A stretch of DNA of 64,000 bases, taken from positions 118,390 to 182,389 of the forward strand of contig JBJKQR010000018.1 of NCBI GenBank assembly GCA_046735395.1, written 5' to 3'. Positions 9,663-19,748 of this stretch are shown here, in pieces (within the stretch, counting starts at the first letter, position 1; each line of letters opens with the position of its first letter). Made by a program: the position numbers and the translations under genes. Source of the DNA: Fidelibacterota bacterium. Its GTDB lineage: Bacteria; Fidelibacterota; Fidelibacteria; Fidelibacterales; DSDE01. Under the pieces are notes generated by a model that saw only the letters and a program-made list of their open reading frames with translations, was not told the DNA's origin and ran no database searches.

Positions 9663-10680
9663 GCCGTTCCCTGCCTGAAATAACGACTTTCTGTACGATG
9701 GAGCGCAGCGAAAAGGGAAAGGTGGAAAAGAGGGCGAATTGTGCGGGAGCGCCGGCTTCGATGAGGCCGGTGTCGAAGTAGCGCGAAAAAAACTGATTGG
9801 GAATAACGGTATAGAGCTGGAGTATCTGTTCATCCGTATAGGTCTGTTTCTGCCGATTGTTGAAATAGGTCAGGCTTTCCCAGAAGCTGGTGAAGCGTGG
9901 CATGAGGATAAGGAATTCATCATTGTAATCGAGGAAGCTGTCTCCGCCCACATCCTGCAGATCGCCCTTCAGATAGGCGGACGCGTTTCGGAGGTCAACG
10001 AGAAATACGGCGTTGGGAAAGGTGGCGGAACGGAGCAGCTCAGGAGAGCTGTGAACAATGGCACGGCAGGGAAAGCGCTCCATGAAATCAGCGGTTAGCT
10101 TCAGACGCCGTTTATCGTCAATTCTGAACCACAGCATGAGCTGGTCCCGATCCAGCTGACGCATCTGTTTTACAGGGATGGATCCGGGCCAGGGAAGGGG
10201 CAGGGAGTCAGGAAAATCAGGCAGAGCATGATAGGCTTCCATATTATCCTGAAAGCGGGTGAATTCCCGATAAAAATTCAGGGGTTCAGGCTGTGAAAAG
10301 TCGAGATACCGGGCAACCAGCGTATCAATGAATCCGATTTTTCGCGCATAGATGAGATGATCCGTTTTGTAGAGGTAGGTTCCGATTCCCCGGCTGAGCA
10401 GCAGACTGTCCAGATGGGGAAGGTTGTTTCCATCGTAGAGATTGAGATCAGACAGAAGGGGCGTGAGGTGAGGCAGCCATTCGCCGCCTGGCGCGTCGCT
10501 GTCAGGGCCCAGATCGGTGATTTCGAGGATACTGCTGCTGTCATACAGAACCGCCGCATAGGGCAGAACGGTTCCTGTGCCGCTGTGGACGTAGGCAGAT
10601 ATTTCCTGGGTCTGTCCCATACCCAGCAAGACATATCCCGATGTCAGCAGTATACAGTGTGTAAATACCCGTCGCAGCAT
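9652..10680 (-). CDS. Secreted protein, highly degenerate amidohydrolase-like fold
   Basis: N-terminal VHSGTGTVLPYAAVLYDSSSILEI; C-terminal TGLIEAGAPAQFALFSTFPF...VQKVVISGR; LPHLTPLLSDL occupies the usual PGLIDxHxH position. Confidence 0.55.
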   Translation of the reverse strand: MLRRVFTHCILLTSGYVLLGMGQTQEISAYVHSGTGTVLPYAAVLYDSSSILEITDLGPDSDAPGGEWLPHLTPLLSDLNLYDGNNLPHLDSLLLSRGIGTYLYKTDHLIYARKIGFIDTLVARYLDFSQPEPLNFYREFTRFQDNMEAYHALPDFPDSLPLPWPGSIPVKQMRQLDRDQLMLWFRIDDKRRLKLTADFMERFPCRAIVHSSPELLRSATFPNAVFLVDLRNASAYLKGDLQDVGGDSFLDYNDEFLILMPRFTSFWESLTYFNNRQKQTYTDEQILQLYTVIPNQFFSRYFDTGLIEAGAPAQFALFSTFPFSLRSIVQKVVISGRERHGC

Positions 10681-10930
10681 TCTCTGAATTTAGAATAATT
10701 AATGATTTACGGCAAGGTTAAGCCTGATGAGCCGGAAGAAATCCGTCACTTTTTCGCAATGAAAGGCGATCATTTTTCCCTTGGAACCGGGATTCGGTTA
10801 ATAAAACAGTAAAAACGGGAGAAATCAGGGGTACGCGTCCATGCATCTGTCATACTTATAACCTAATTATTTTCTTGATGAAAGGGTGAATCTCTGTTAA
10901 AATCCGGGTAAAAATCGGATAGGAGACGCT

Positions 10931-11635
10931 ATGAGGTGGATATTCCTGCTCATGCTTGCTCTGTCCCTGAACGGAGGAGAAAAGCAGATGAAGGCTGAAG
11001 AATTTTTAAAATCCCTGCATTGGCTGGGGCACGATTCGTTCCGTATTGATTATGGCGGAACGGTCATATACATTGATCCCTGGCAGATCAGACAGGGGCC
11101 GAAGGCGGATCTGATCTTTGTGACGCACGGGCATTCGGATCACTGTGATCCCGAATCCATTGCCGCGCTGAGTGACTCGGAAACTGTCGTGATTGCACCG
11201 GCTACGGTAAAAGGAAAGCTTAGCGATAATACTGTTAAATGGGTGGAGCCGGGTGATACGCTGATTCTGGACGGAGTGGAATGTGTCTGTGTGCCGGCTT
11301 ATAATACCAATAAATTCCGGGCGCCCGGCCAGGCCTTTCACCCGCGTGAGGATCGGAATACGGGATATGTGCTGAATTGCGGTGGCGTGAGCCTCTACCA
11401 TAGCGGTGATACGGATGTGATTCCGGAGATGGCCGATGTGAACTGTGATATTGCCCTTCTTCCGGTAAGCGGGATTTATGTGATGACCCGGGACAAGGCC
11501 CTGGAGGCGGTAAACGAGATCGAACCGTTGCTGGCCATTCCCATGCATGTGGGACGTGGGATCGGCTCCCCGGAGGACGCGGAATATTTTGTGAAGAAAC
11601 TGGGCGATAAAGGCCGGCTGCTGCCCATGGAGTAG
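10931..11635 (+). CDS. MBL-fold metallo-hydrolase (UPF0173/UlaG-like)
   Basis: WLGHDSF, IYIDP, THGHSDH, YHSGDT, AIPMH motifs; AGGAG RBS. Confidence 0.9.
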   Translation: MRWIFLLMLALSLNGGEKQMKAEEFLKSLHWLGHDSFRIDYGGTVIYIDPWQIRQGPKADLIFVTHGHSDHCDPESIAALSDSETVVIAPATVKGKLSDNTVKWVEPGDTLILDGVECVCVPAYNTNKFRAPGQAFHPREDRNTGYVLNCGGVSLYHSGDTDVIPEMADVNCDIALLPVSGIYVMTRDKALEAVNEIEPLLAIPMHVGRGIGSPEDAEYFVKKLGDKGRLLPME

Positions 11636-11726
11636 AGGAAATCAGACCGCCCTGGTCAAATCAGCTGATATTATAAATTAACTATATTGCTAATAATGAG
11701 AAATAATTCAGATTAAAATATTTGGA

Positions 11727-13031
11727 TCAGGATGTTCTCTCCCTGAAGAATGCGTGCTGTCCGGGGTCAAAATCCAGAGGGATGCGCACGTCTCCCGCAC
11801 CGCCGTGAGCGCTGTCCAGTTCGGATCCCTTATCATCCAGAATACGGGAAAGAATGAGTTGTTCGGTGCGGTCCGGCAGGAGCACATCCACCTTCATGCC
11901 CGGCAGGATGCGGTTTTTAACGGTTATTGTAGCCAGGCCTGAGTGCGGGTCCCAGGATTTGAGCACGCCGACGACCCGGTGCGTGCTGTCGGCGCTGTAG
12001 CCGTCTTCGAAATTTTCACCGAATTGCCGGGGATTGCGGGTGTAAAATCCGGTGGTATAGGTGCGGGAAGACAACGCCATGAGGTCCCGCAGATTTTCGG
12101 GGTCAAATGGCTTTCCGTTGGCGAGATTATCCAGTGCCTGTCGATAGGAGCGGGCGACCATTGCGACATAGTAGGCTGATTTGGTGCGGCCCTCCGCTTT
12201 CAGGCTGCAGATCCCGGCATTCAGGATATCGGGAAGCAGTTCAATGGCGCAGAGATCGCGGGAATTCATGATATAGGTTCCGAATTCGTCTTCACTGATG
12301 GGGAACTTATCTTCCGGCCGGAAGGATTCACGGAGGTAAAATCCGCTTGCAGGCAGGTCTTCAATTCTTTCAAGGGGTGCCTGGCCTGCTTCCACATCCC
12401 GGATGCTGCCCTTTTCATAGCCCAGTTTGTATTCCCAGCGGCAGCTGTTGGTGCAGGTTCCCTGGTTCGCATCGCGGTGATTCAGATAATTGGAGATGAG
12501 ACAGCGGCCGGAATAGGCGATGCAGATGGCGCCGTGCACAAAGGCTTCCAGTTCAATATCCGGGACTTCCTCATGCATTTTCGATATTTCGTCCAGCTTG
12601 AGTTCACGGCTGAGGATAATGCGTCGAACGCCCAGATCCTGCCAGAAACGGACGCTCATCCAGTTTGTGGTATTGGACTGGGTGCTGAGATGCACCGGAA
12701 TGGAGGGATGGCGACGAACGGCTTCCCGGATAAGTCCGGGATCTGTCATGATGAAGGCATCCGGCTGCAGCCCGGCAACCCGGTCAAGTTCCCGTAGGAA
12801 AGCATCCACTTTCAGGTTGTGGGCGTAGATATTCATGGCCAGATAGATTTTCCCGCCCAGCTCGTGGCTGCGGTCCACGGCATCTTTCAGCGAATCAGGG
12901 CGGAAACCGATCTCACGGGTGCGGAGTGAAAAGGCTGGGACGCCGGCATAAACCGCATCCGCGCCGTAGGCAAAGGCTGTCTCCAATTTTTCCATGTCCC
13001 CTGCAGGCAGGAGCAGCTCAGGCTTTTTCAT
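11727..13031 (-). CDS. trhP: U32-family tRNA hydroxylation protein (TrhP/YegQ-like)
   Basis: PELLLPAG, GADAVYAG, HLSTQ, FVHGAICIAYSGRC, NQGTCTNSCR, SLKAEGRTKS. Confidence 0.85.
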   Translation of the reverse strand: MKKPELLLPAGDMEKLETAFAYGADAVYAGVPAFSLRTREIGFRPDSLKDAVDRSHELGGKIYLAMNIYAHNLKVDAFLRELDRVAGLQPDAFIMTDPGLIREAVRRHPSIPVHLSTQSNTTNWMSVRFWQDLGVRRIILSRELKLDEISKMHEEVPDIELEAFVHGAICIAYSGRCLISNYLNHRDANQGTCTNSCRWEYKLGYEKGSIRDVEAGQAPLERIEDLPASGFYLRESFRPEDKFPISEDEFGTYIMNSRDLCAIELLPDILNAGICSLKAEGRTKSAYYVAMVARSYRQALDNLANGKPFDPENLRDLMALSSRTYTTGFYTRNPRQFGENFEDGYSADSTHRVVGVLKSWDPHSGLATITVKNRILPGMKVDVLLPDRTEQLILSRILDDKGSELDSAHGGAGDVRIPLDFDPGQHAFFRERTS

Positions 13032-13124
13032 GGCGGAAGTTTAGGGCCAATTCACCTGAGGCGCAAGGGAAAAGCGGGTGGTTGGTCCTGAGAGCGGCAG
13101 GAAACTTATATTATAAATTGAAAA

Positions 13125-13922
13125 TTATTCGGGAAAGGCGGAAGAATTTCGGGAAAGTAATTCGTAAAGTGTGATAAATGCCTCCAGAGAAAGTGCTTCG
13201 GGGCGGAGCTGCCAGTTAAACTGTGAGTCCAGTTCCGGACTGTACCATTTTTTCAGGCTGTTGCGAAGCGTTTTCCGTCGCTGGTTGAAGGCGGTGCGGA
13301 TAAGGGTATGAAAGGCGGCACGGTCTGTAACACGGGGATCTGTTTTCCTGTGAAAATCGATGGAGAGCAGGACGCTCTGGATTTTCGGCCGGGGAGTGAA
13401 GACTTCAGGTGGGATGATGAATTCCATTTTTGCATCACCGTAAAAAGCCGTATAAACGGAAAGAATGCCATAGGTTCTGGAGCCGGGCCCGACGACCACG
13501 CGATCGCCCATTTCCTTCTGCAGCATGATGACGGCACGATCTATATTCTGATGATCCTCGAACATTTTGAGCAGGATCTGAGAAGATATATTATAGGGCA
13601 GATTGCCGACGACAAGGTTCACCGGAAGCAGCGAAGACCAGTCAAAGCGCAGAATATCGGCTTCCGTGATGGAAAAATTCTTTTCGCGGCCGTAGCGTGT
13701 TCCGAGGGTCTGGCAGAGCTGGGTGTCATACTCGATGCAGTGGAGGCGGCAGCCGCTGTCGATCAGGCCTTCCGTAATCGCGCCCCGTCCCGGGCCGATT
13801 TCGATGACGGACTGCTCCGGGCCGGCATGAATAGTCTGCAGAATTCGCTGTATGATGCCGCTGTCCGTAAGAAAATTCTGTCCCAGAGACTTTTTTGCCC
13901 TGTTGGGTCCTGCATATTTCAT
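13125..13922 (-). CDS. rsmA: 16S rRNA m6,2A dimethyltransferase
   Basis: KKSLGQNFL, IEIGPGRGA, VGNLPYNISS, FNQRRKTLRN. Confidence 0.97.
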   Translation of the reverse strand: MKYAGPNRAKKSLGQNFLTDSGIIQRILQTIHAGPEQSVIEIGPGRGAITEGLIDSGCRLHCIEYDTQLCQTLGTRYGREKNFSITEADILRFDWSSLLPVNLVVGNLPYNISSQILLKMFEDHQNIDRAVIMLQKEMGDRVVVGPGSRTYGILSVYTAFYGDAKMEFIIPPEVFTPRPKIQSVLLSIDFHRKTDPRVTDRAAFHTLIRTAFNQRRKTLRNSLKKWYSPELDSQFNWQLRPEALSLEAFITLYELLSRNSSAFPE

Positions 13923-14695
13923 GATGGGCTCGCTGTCATATCATTCAGTCCGAAAAAACGGTGAGCGGACTCCGCGCAGATCCGGGCCACGTCTTCAAAG
14001 GGTGTCTGGAAGAGTTCGGAATATTTACGGGCAACTTCCTTCACCATGAAGGGTTCGCAGGTCTTTCCCCGCCAGGGTTTGGGGGCCATGAAGGGGGAAT
14101 CGGTCTCCAGCATGAGCCGGTCAAGGGGAAGGGCCGCCGCGATGGCAGCCACATCGGCGGCAAAGGTGATGACATTGGTGAAGGAGATAAGCGCACCCCG
14201 GTCCAGCAGTTCCTGCGCAAAGGACAGTGACCCGGTGTAGCAGTGGGCCTGAAGGCGAAAATATTTCCCCGCATCCAGCGCTTCCCGCACCGCATCATCA
14301 GCCTGACGCCCGTGAACGATCATGGGCAGATCCAGATCAGACGCAAGGGCGATCTGATCCCGGAATGTGGACATCTGCAGATCCGCCGGAGCATAGTCAC
14401 GGAAAAAATCCATCCCGATCTCACCGATGGCCACGACTTTGGGATGGCGGGCCAGTTCTTCCAGAATACGAAGATAATCATCGGGCTTGTCTGCACAATC
14501 ATGCGGATGAATACCGACGGCCGCATAGACCTCCGGATAACGGTCCGCGAGGAGTATTGCCTTTTCACTACTGGCAATATCGATACCCGGAACGATAATG
14601 GTTCCGACACCGCTTTCACGGGCCCTGTCAATGTAGGGATCACAGTCCTGGTAAAATGGATCAAAATTCAGATGAGCGTGAGTATCTGTCAGCAT
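13919..14695 (-). CDS. tatD: TatD family nuclease
   Basis: DTHAHL, GIHPH, AIGEIGMD, LETDSP. Confidence 0.95.
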   Translation of the reverse strand: MLTDTHAHLNFDPFYQDCDPYIDRARESGVGTIIVPGIDIASSEKAILLADRYPEVYAAVGIHPHDCADKPDDYLRILEELARHPKVVAIGEIGMDFFRDYAPADLQMSTFRDQIALASDLDLPMIVHGRQADDAVREALDAGKYFRLQAHCYTGSLSFAQELLDRGALISFTNVITFAADVAAIAAALPLDRLMLETDSPFMAPKPWRGKTCEPFMVKEVARKYSELFQTPFEDVARICAESAHRFFGLNDMTASPS

Positions 14696-14729
14696 GACAT
14701 CATCCGGTTTTGAATTGAAATGTATAAAA

Positions 14730-16628
14730 TTACTTGATTACCGCGCCGGAGGGGATATCTCCCTGCGGGCCGATCAGAACAAGTTTTCCGTCTTTCTGGG
14801 CGGTGAGCAGCATGCCGCGGCTCTCGATTCCGAAAAGGGTTACAGGTGTCAGATTATAGACCATAATGATCTGTTTGCCCACCAGGCTGTCCGGGTCATA
14901 CCATTTGCCGATACCGGCCACCACAGTACGCTCTTCGTCCCCGACCTCTACGGACAGGCGAAGCAGTTTGTCACTTTTTGGTACGCGTTCGGCGCGCAGA
15001 ATATCGGCAACCCGCATATCGACGGATTTAAAACCATCAATACCGATCAGGTCGGCGGGAGTTTCTTCCGGTTTTTTATTTTCAGCGGGAGCGGGCGTAT
15101 CCTGCTCAAGGCTGGTCATATCAAAACGTGGAAACAGGGCTTCTGCCTTTTTCAGGTTTGTGCCGGGCCGAAGCTTCTCCCAGGCTGTGAGCCGGAGCTG
15201 AGAGGCATCTTCGCCTAAAAGGGTAAAAAAGTTACCCATTTTTTCGGGTAATACCGGCATGAACAGGGAAGCGGCCAGTCTGAGACTGGCGAGCGATGCA
15301 TAGAGGACGCGGCCCGCGGCGGGCAGATCACTCTTCGCCAGTTTCCAGGGTGCCTGTTCTTCCATGTATTTATTGATGCTGCGGACATAGGAAATAATTT
15401 CATGAAGCACCTGGCCGGGATTGGTGTGGTCGAGCAGCGTAAAAATCTTCTGCGACAGGGCTTCGGCTTCGTTTTTCAGGGCCGTTTCAGATTCGCCGAG
15501 TGTGCCGGGCTCCGGAACGGTGCCTTGGAAATATTTATGAATCAGGGTAAAAATGCGGTTGACCAGATTGCCCAGATCATTGGCCAGATCCGTGTTATAG
15601 GTCTGATAAAAACGCTGACGGCTGAAGTCGGAATCACCGAAGAGAGGGCCTTCCTTGACGAGAAAATATTTGAAGGCATCCACGCCAACGGCCTGAATGT
15701 GGGACCGGATGGTCTTCAGGTCAATGAAATTTCCCAGGCTCTTGCTCATTTTCTGACCTTCGCTCATCCACCAGCCGTGGGCAAAGATCGTACGGGGCAG
15801 AGGCAGGCCGGCAGCCATGAGCATGGTGGGCCAGTAGACGCTGTGCGTGGTGAGAATATCCTTTCCGATCAGATGCGTTCCGGGCCAGAGGCGGCGGTAG
15901 AGGCTGTCGTCTGCGGATCCGTAGCCGATGGCAGAGATATAATTGGTGAGCGCATCAAACCAGACATAGGTGACATAATCCTCATCAAAGGGGAGCTCAA
16001 CGCCCCAGGACAGCCGGGATTTCGGCCGGGAAATGCAGAGATCTCCCAGATCATTGGCGAGGAAACCCAGAATTTCATTTTTCCGGTTTTCCGGCTGAAT
16101 GAATTCGGGATGGCTCTTGATATGTTCAACCAGCGGATCACGGTATTTGCTCATGCGGAAGAAATAATTTGTCTCGGAAATGGTGCGGACGTCCCTGAAT
16201 CCGCCTTCATCGTATTCTTTCTGAGTGATGAAGCGTTCCTCGGAAACACTGTAGAGGCCATCATACTGGGCCCGGTAGATATCGCCCCTGTCGTAGAGAT
16301 CCTGCAGCAGCTTCCGCACAATGACGGTGTGGCGCGGCTCGGTCGTCCGGATAAAATCATCATTGCTGATGTTCAGTTCCTGCCAGAGATTTTTGAAACG
16401 GGCCATGTATTCATCACAGTGCGCCAGGGGTGTGACACCGCGTTTTTCCGCCGCCTGCTGGACTTTCTGTCCATGTTCATCCGTTCCCGTGAGAAAATAG
16501 CATTCCGGGTCCCGGAGACGGTTATAGCGGGTGATGGTATCGGCAAGGATGGTCGTGTAGGCGTGGCCGATGTGGGGTTCGTCATTTACATAGTAAATCG
16601 GTGTCGTGATATATTTACTGGACAACAT
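14730..16628 (-). CDS. metG: Methionine--tRNA ligase with C-terminal tRNA-binding domain
   Basis: YITTPIYYVN, HIGH, GTDEHGQK, YVWFDAL, KMSKS, C-terminal Trbp111-like domain; ATG 16628 chosen as start. Confidence 0.97.
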   Translation of the reverse strand: MLSSKYITTPIYYVNDEPHIGHAYTTILADTITRYNRLRDPECYFLTGTDEHGQKVQQAAEKRGVTPLAHCDEYMARFKNLWQELNISNDDFIRTTEPRHTVIVRKLLQDLYDRGDIYRAQYDGLYSVSEERFITQKEYDEGGFRDVRTISETNYFFRMSKYRDPLVEHIKSHPEFIQPENRKNEILGFLANDLGDLCISRPKSRLSWGVELPFDEDYVTYVWFDALTNYISAIGYGSADDSLYRRLWPGTHLIGKDILTTHSVYWPTMLMAAGLPLPRTIFAHGWWMSEGQKMSKSLGNFIDLKTIRSHIQAVGVDAFKYFLVKEGPLFGDSDFSRQRFYQTYNTDLANDLGNLVNRIFTLIHKYFQGTVPEPGTLGESETALKNEAEALSQKIFTLLDHTNPGQVLHEIISYVRSINKYMEEQAPWKLAKSDLPAAGRVLYASLASLRLAASLFMPVLPEKMGNFFTLLGEDASQLRLTAWEKLRPGTNLKKAEALFPRFDMTSLEQDTPAPAENKKPEETPADLIGIDGFKSVDMRVADILRAERVPKSDKLLRLSVEVGDEERTVVAGIGKWYDPDSLVGKQIIMVYNLTPVTLFGIESRGMLLTAQKDGKLVLIGPQGDIPSGAVIK

Positions 16629-16642
16629 ACTGAAAGGCTTCC

Positions 16643-17542
16643 TCAATTATCTTCGATTTTGTTCAGGTCACTGGCGTCCCCGTCCAGGATTTCCACATTC
16701 CCGTGCTTGAGATTGCGCATCCCGTTTTTCCGGGCTTTATCAATGAGATCCACCACCTGATCGCGGGAGAATTCCTCGATACTGCCATCCTCCATATTGC
16801 AGACGGCCTTCTGGTGAATCACATTGATTTTTTCGATGTAGCCTTTTTTATTCTTATAGAGAACCGGTTCGCCGGGAAGGGGAAAGTTCTCCAGTGTCTG
16901 CTTGTAAAAAGCATGTTCGAAACGGAGGCAGCACTTGAGCTTGCCGCATTGTCCGCTGAGCTTTGCCGGATTCATGGGCAGGCTCTGATCTTTGGCAAAC
17001 TGCGTGTTCACCGGTTCGAAATTCTCAATGAATTCGCCGCAGCAGAGAGGAAGGCCGCAGGTGCCGATCCCGCAGAGCCGCTTGGTCTCATCACGGACCC
17101 CGATCTGCCGCATTTCGATGCGTGTGCGGAACACTCCGGCCAACTGACGAACCAGTTCGCGAAAATCCACACGTTCGTCGGCGGTATAGTAAAAGGTCAC
17201 TTTTTTCCGGTCAAGCTGGTATTCCACATCCATGAGCTTCATGTTCAGGCCCAGGGACTTTACCATATCAAGACAGGACCTGAAGGCATCCTTTTCCTTC
17301 TGCTGGTTTTCCCGGTAGGAATCCCAGTCCTCATCGGAGGCTTTCCGGGCGATTTTGAAATCGGTGAGGGCATTGCAGCCGTCACAGAGGCTGTCCACCA
17401 CGGCGCTGACCCGTCCCATATCCTCGCCCTTGTCGGTCAGGACGACCAGATAATCGTTCTTGACAATGGGGTATTCCATTTCATTGACGTAATAGGCCCG
17501 CCGATTTCCCTTGAATTCTATTTTTATATAATTCGTGTTCAT
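16643..17542 (-). CDS. ricT: PSP1 domain protein (RicT/YaaT family)
   Basis: FYYTADERVDFRELV, RIEMRQIGVRDE, GTCGLPLCC, SGQCGKLKCCLRFE. Confidence 0.9.
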   Translation of the reverse strand: MNTNYIKIEFKGNRRAYYVNEMEYPIVKNDYLVVLTDKGEDMGRVSAVVDSLCDGCNALTDFKIARKASDEDWDSYRENQQKEKDAFRSCLDMVKSLGLNMKLMDVEYQLDRKKVTFYYTADERVDFRELVRQLAGVFRTRIEMRQIGVRDETKRLCGIGTCGLPLCCGEFIENFEPVNTQFAKDQSLPMNPAKLSGQCGKLKCCLRFEHAFYKQTLENFPLPGEPVLYKNKKGYIEKINVIHQKAVCNMEDGSIEEFSRDQVVDLIDKARKNGMRNLKHGNVEILDGDASDLNKIEDN

Positions 17543-18699
17543 TTTGTGCTCCTGCGTGCTGTCTGGAGATCCCGATGGACGGACGTGAAGAACCTGCCGG
17601 CCAAAGCGGGAATATATAGATTTTTCGTTGATAATTCAATGACTTGCTCGGTTTTACGGATCAGTTCGTAATAATCGAGATTCGGGTAAAATTCGACAAA
17701 TTTGCTCAGTTCCTGCTGATACTGGAAGAGGATGAGGGAAGTAGGTGAGAGGCCGGACTCCAGGGTCTGGGCATCCCGGAACCAGTAGATGAACATGCGG
17801 AAGAAATCTTCGAATGCGGTGCGGTCTGATTTGGCCAGCTGGCCAAGGTCCCGGCCGCGCTCGTGCAGGCTGAAGAATTCTCCGCCCATGATATTGCGCC
17901 AGAGACTGAGAAAGGTTGATTTTTCGTCACTCAGGCCCTGGTGGATATGGCGATTCACCTTCTGGATATTCCCGCTGCTGAGCCGGGCAATGAGGGACGC
18001 GTCGCTTTCACTGAGTTTCTGCGTCTTCAGATATTCGATGATATCCGTTTCGGCGACGGGATTGAAGTTCAGGATCTGGCAGCGGCTCTTGATGGTATCG
18101 GGAAGCTCGTAGAGTTTTTCGGTCGTGAGGATGAAGGTGGTGCGCGGCGGCGGTTCCTCAAGGATCTTGAGCAGGGAATTGAAACTTTCCACATTTGCCT
18201 GTTCGGCCAGGTAGGTGATGACGAACTGCCATCCGTCCTCCTCGGATTTGAGGCTCAGGTCCTTTTTCAGTTTCCGGATGCTGTTGATGAGGATGCGGGA
18301 TGCGCCGGGCACCTGCAGTCCTTCATAGGGATCCGCCTGGAAGGTGTCCAGAGTGGACCGGACATCGTCATATTGTTTTTCGGAGAGCAGGGCGATGGGA
18401 TCCGCATCCTTGCTGTAATCCTTTCCGGAGTTCCGGGGAACGGCGTAGATGAGAAAGAGATTGGGGTGTGAAAAGGATCTGGATTTTACACAGGCCGGGC
18501 ATTCGCCGCAGGCTTCGCCGTTTTCCAATGGCGTCCGGCAATTCATGGCTGCAAAGAAATTGAGCGCGAGTGACATTTTTCCTGAACCGCGGGGGCCGGC
18601 GAACAGATAGGCTGATCCGACGCGGTCTTTTTTGCAGATACGGTATATTCGTTCATATAGCCGTGTCTGGCCGATGCCTTTGAAAATTCTGTCTGTCAC
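17539..18699 (-). CDS. holB: DNA polymerase III subunit delta'
   Basis: AYLFAGPRGSGK, CGECPAC, NSLLKILEEPP, TIKSRCQ. Confidence 0.92.
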   Translation of the reverse strand: MTDRIFKGIGQTRLYERIYRICKKDRVGSAYLFAGPRGSGKMSLALNFFAAMNCRTPLENGEACGECPACVKSRSFSHPNLFLIYAVPRNSGKDYSKDADPIALLSEKQYDDVRSTLDTFQADPYEGLQVPGASRILINSIRKLKKDLSLKSEEDGWQFVITYLAEQANVESFNSLLKILEEPPPRTTFILTTEKLYELPDTIKSRCQILNFNPVAETDIIEYLKTQKLSESDASLIARLSSGNIQKVNRHIHQGLSDEKSTFLSLWRNIMGGEFFSLHERGRDLGQLAKSDRTAFEDFFRMFIYWFRDAQTLESGLSPTSLILFQYQQELSKFVEFYPNLDYYELIRKTEQVIELSTKNLYIPALAGRFFTSVHRDLQTARRSTK

Positions 18700-18786
18700 G
18701 CTGAGTTCCTGATCATAGGGTGTAATTTACAGAAAATTAGGGATTTCGCTTAGCAAAAAATATGGAAAGCCAGTCGGACAGACTGC

Positions 18787-19491
18787 TCAGATATCAAGCA
18801 GGCCGGGAAGTTCCGCCATATTTTCAATCTGTCTGAAGTTCGGATTGTCTTCCGGAATGTTGTCGGACATCTCGTATTGCCAGGTGATCTGGCAGGGAAC
18901 GTACACGGCTTTTCCGCCAAGCCTCAGGACAGGGCTGATATCGGAGCGCAGGGAATTGCCCACCATGAGGAAATTTTCGGGATGAATTCCCAGCTTCCCG
19001 ATCAACGAGGAATATTCGTCATCATTCTTGTTGCTCATGATTTCGATGTTGTGAAAAATGGATTCCACACCGCTTTTTTCCAATTTTCGCTTCTGGTCCA
19101 GAAGATCACCCTTGGTCACCAGAATGAGTTGGTAAGGTCGGGCCCGTAAGGCCTCCAGGGTTTTTTGCACCCCTTCCTTGAGAATGACAGGCCTCAGGGC
19201 GAGATCTTTCCCCAGCGCGATAATGGCTTCCAGAATTTTCCCGGGAATGCTGCCATCGGTGACGGCGAGGGCGGTTTCGATCATGGACAGGGTGAAACTT
19301 TTCGCACCATACCCGTAAATGGGGATATTCTGCATCTCAATCTTGAACAGAAGCTGACTCAGACGGTCTCCGCGGGCATAGAGTTCAAGCAGTTCATACA
19401 GTGAGTTCTCTGCCTCCTGATAAAATGCCTCATTAATCCAGAGTGTATCATCCGCATCAAAACCTATGACGCGAATTTCCTTTTTATTCAT
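18787..19491 (-). CDS. HAD-superfamily hydrolase
   Basis: FDADDTLW, TKGD, MVGNSLRSDI; start ATG 19491 with CAGGAG RBS. Confidence 0.9.
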   Translation of the reverse strand: MNKKEIRVIGFDADDTLWINEAFYQEAENSLYELLELYARGDRLSQLLFKIEMQNIPIYGYGAKSFTLSMIETALAVTDGSIPGKILEAIIALGKDLALRPVILKEGVQKTLEALRARPYQLILVTKGDLLDQKRKLEKSGVESIFHNIEIMSNKNDDEYSSLIGKLGIHPENFLMVGNSLRSDISPVLRLGGKAVYVPCQITWQYEMSDNIPEDNPNFRQIENMAELPGLLDI

Positions 19492-19748
19492 GGTCTGACT
19501 CCTGATTGGGTCTGGAATGAAAATACTACAGGGGCGCAGCAATGAACAGGGAAATATTCCGGAATGCCGGCAATATGCCCCATATAATGTCATTCTGATC
19601 ACATTTTTCAGGAAATACGATGACCATGAGAGCGGGCTTCCAGAGAGGAATAAATTGCGGTAAATGCCGGAAAAAAAGGGAAATGAGCTGTTCCCCTTAC
19701 AGGAAAAACAGACTATATTATTGCTTCATGCAGAAGAATGAGGAGACG

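Noticed and set aside
15402..17671. Long plus-strand ORFs (452 aa and 322 aa)
   Set aside because: Antisense to metG and ricT; typical shadow ORFs in moderately GC-rich coding DNA
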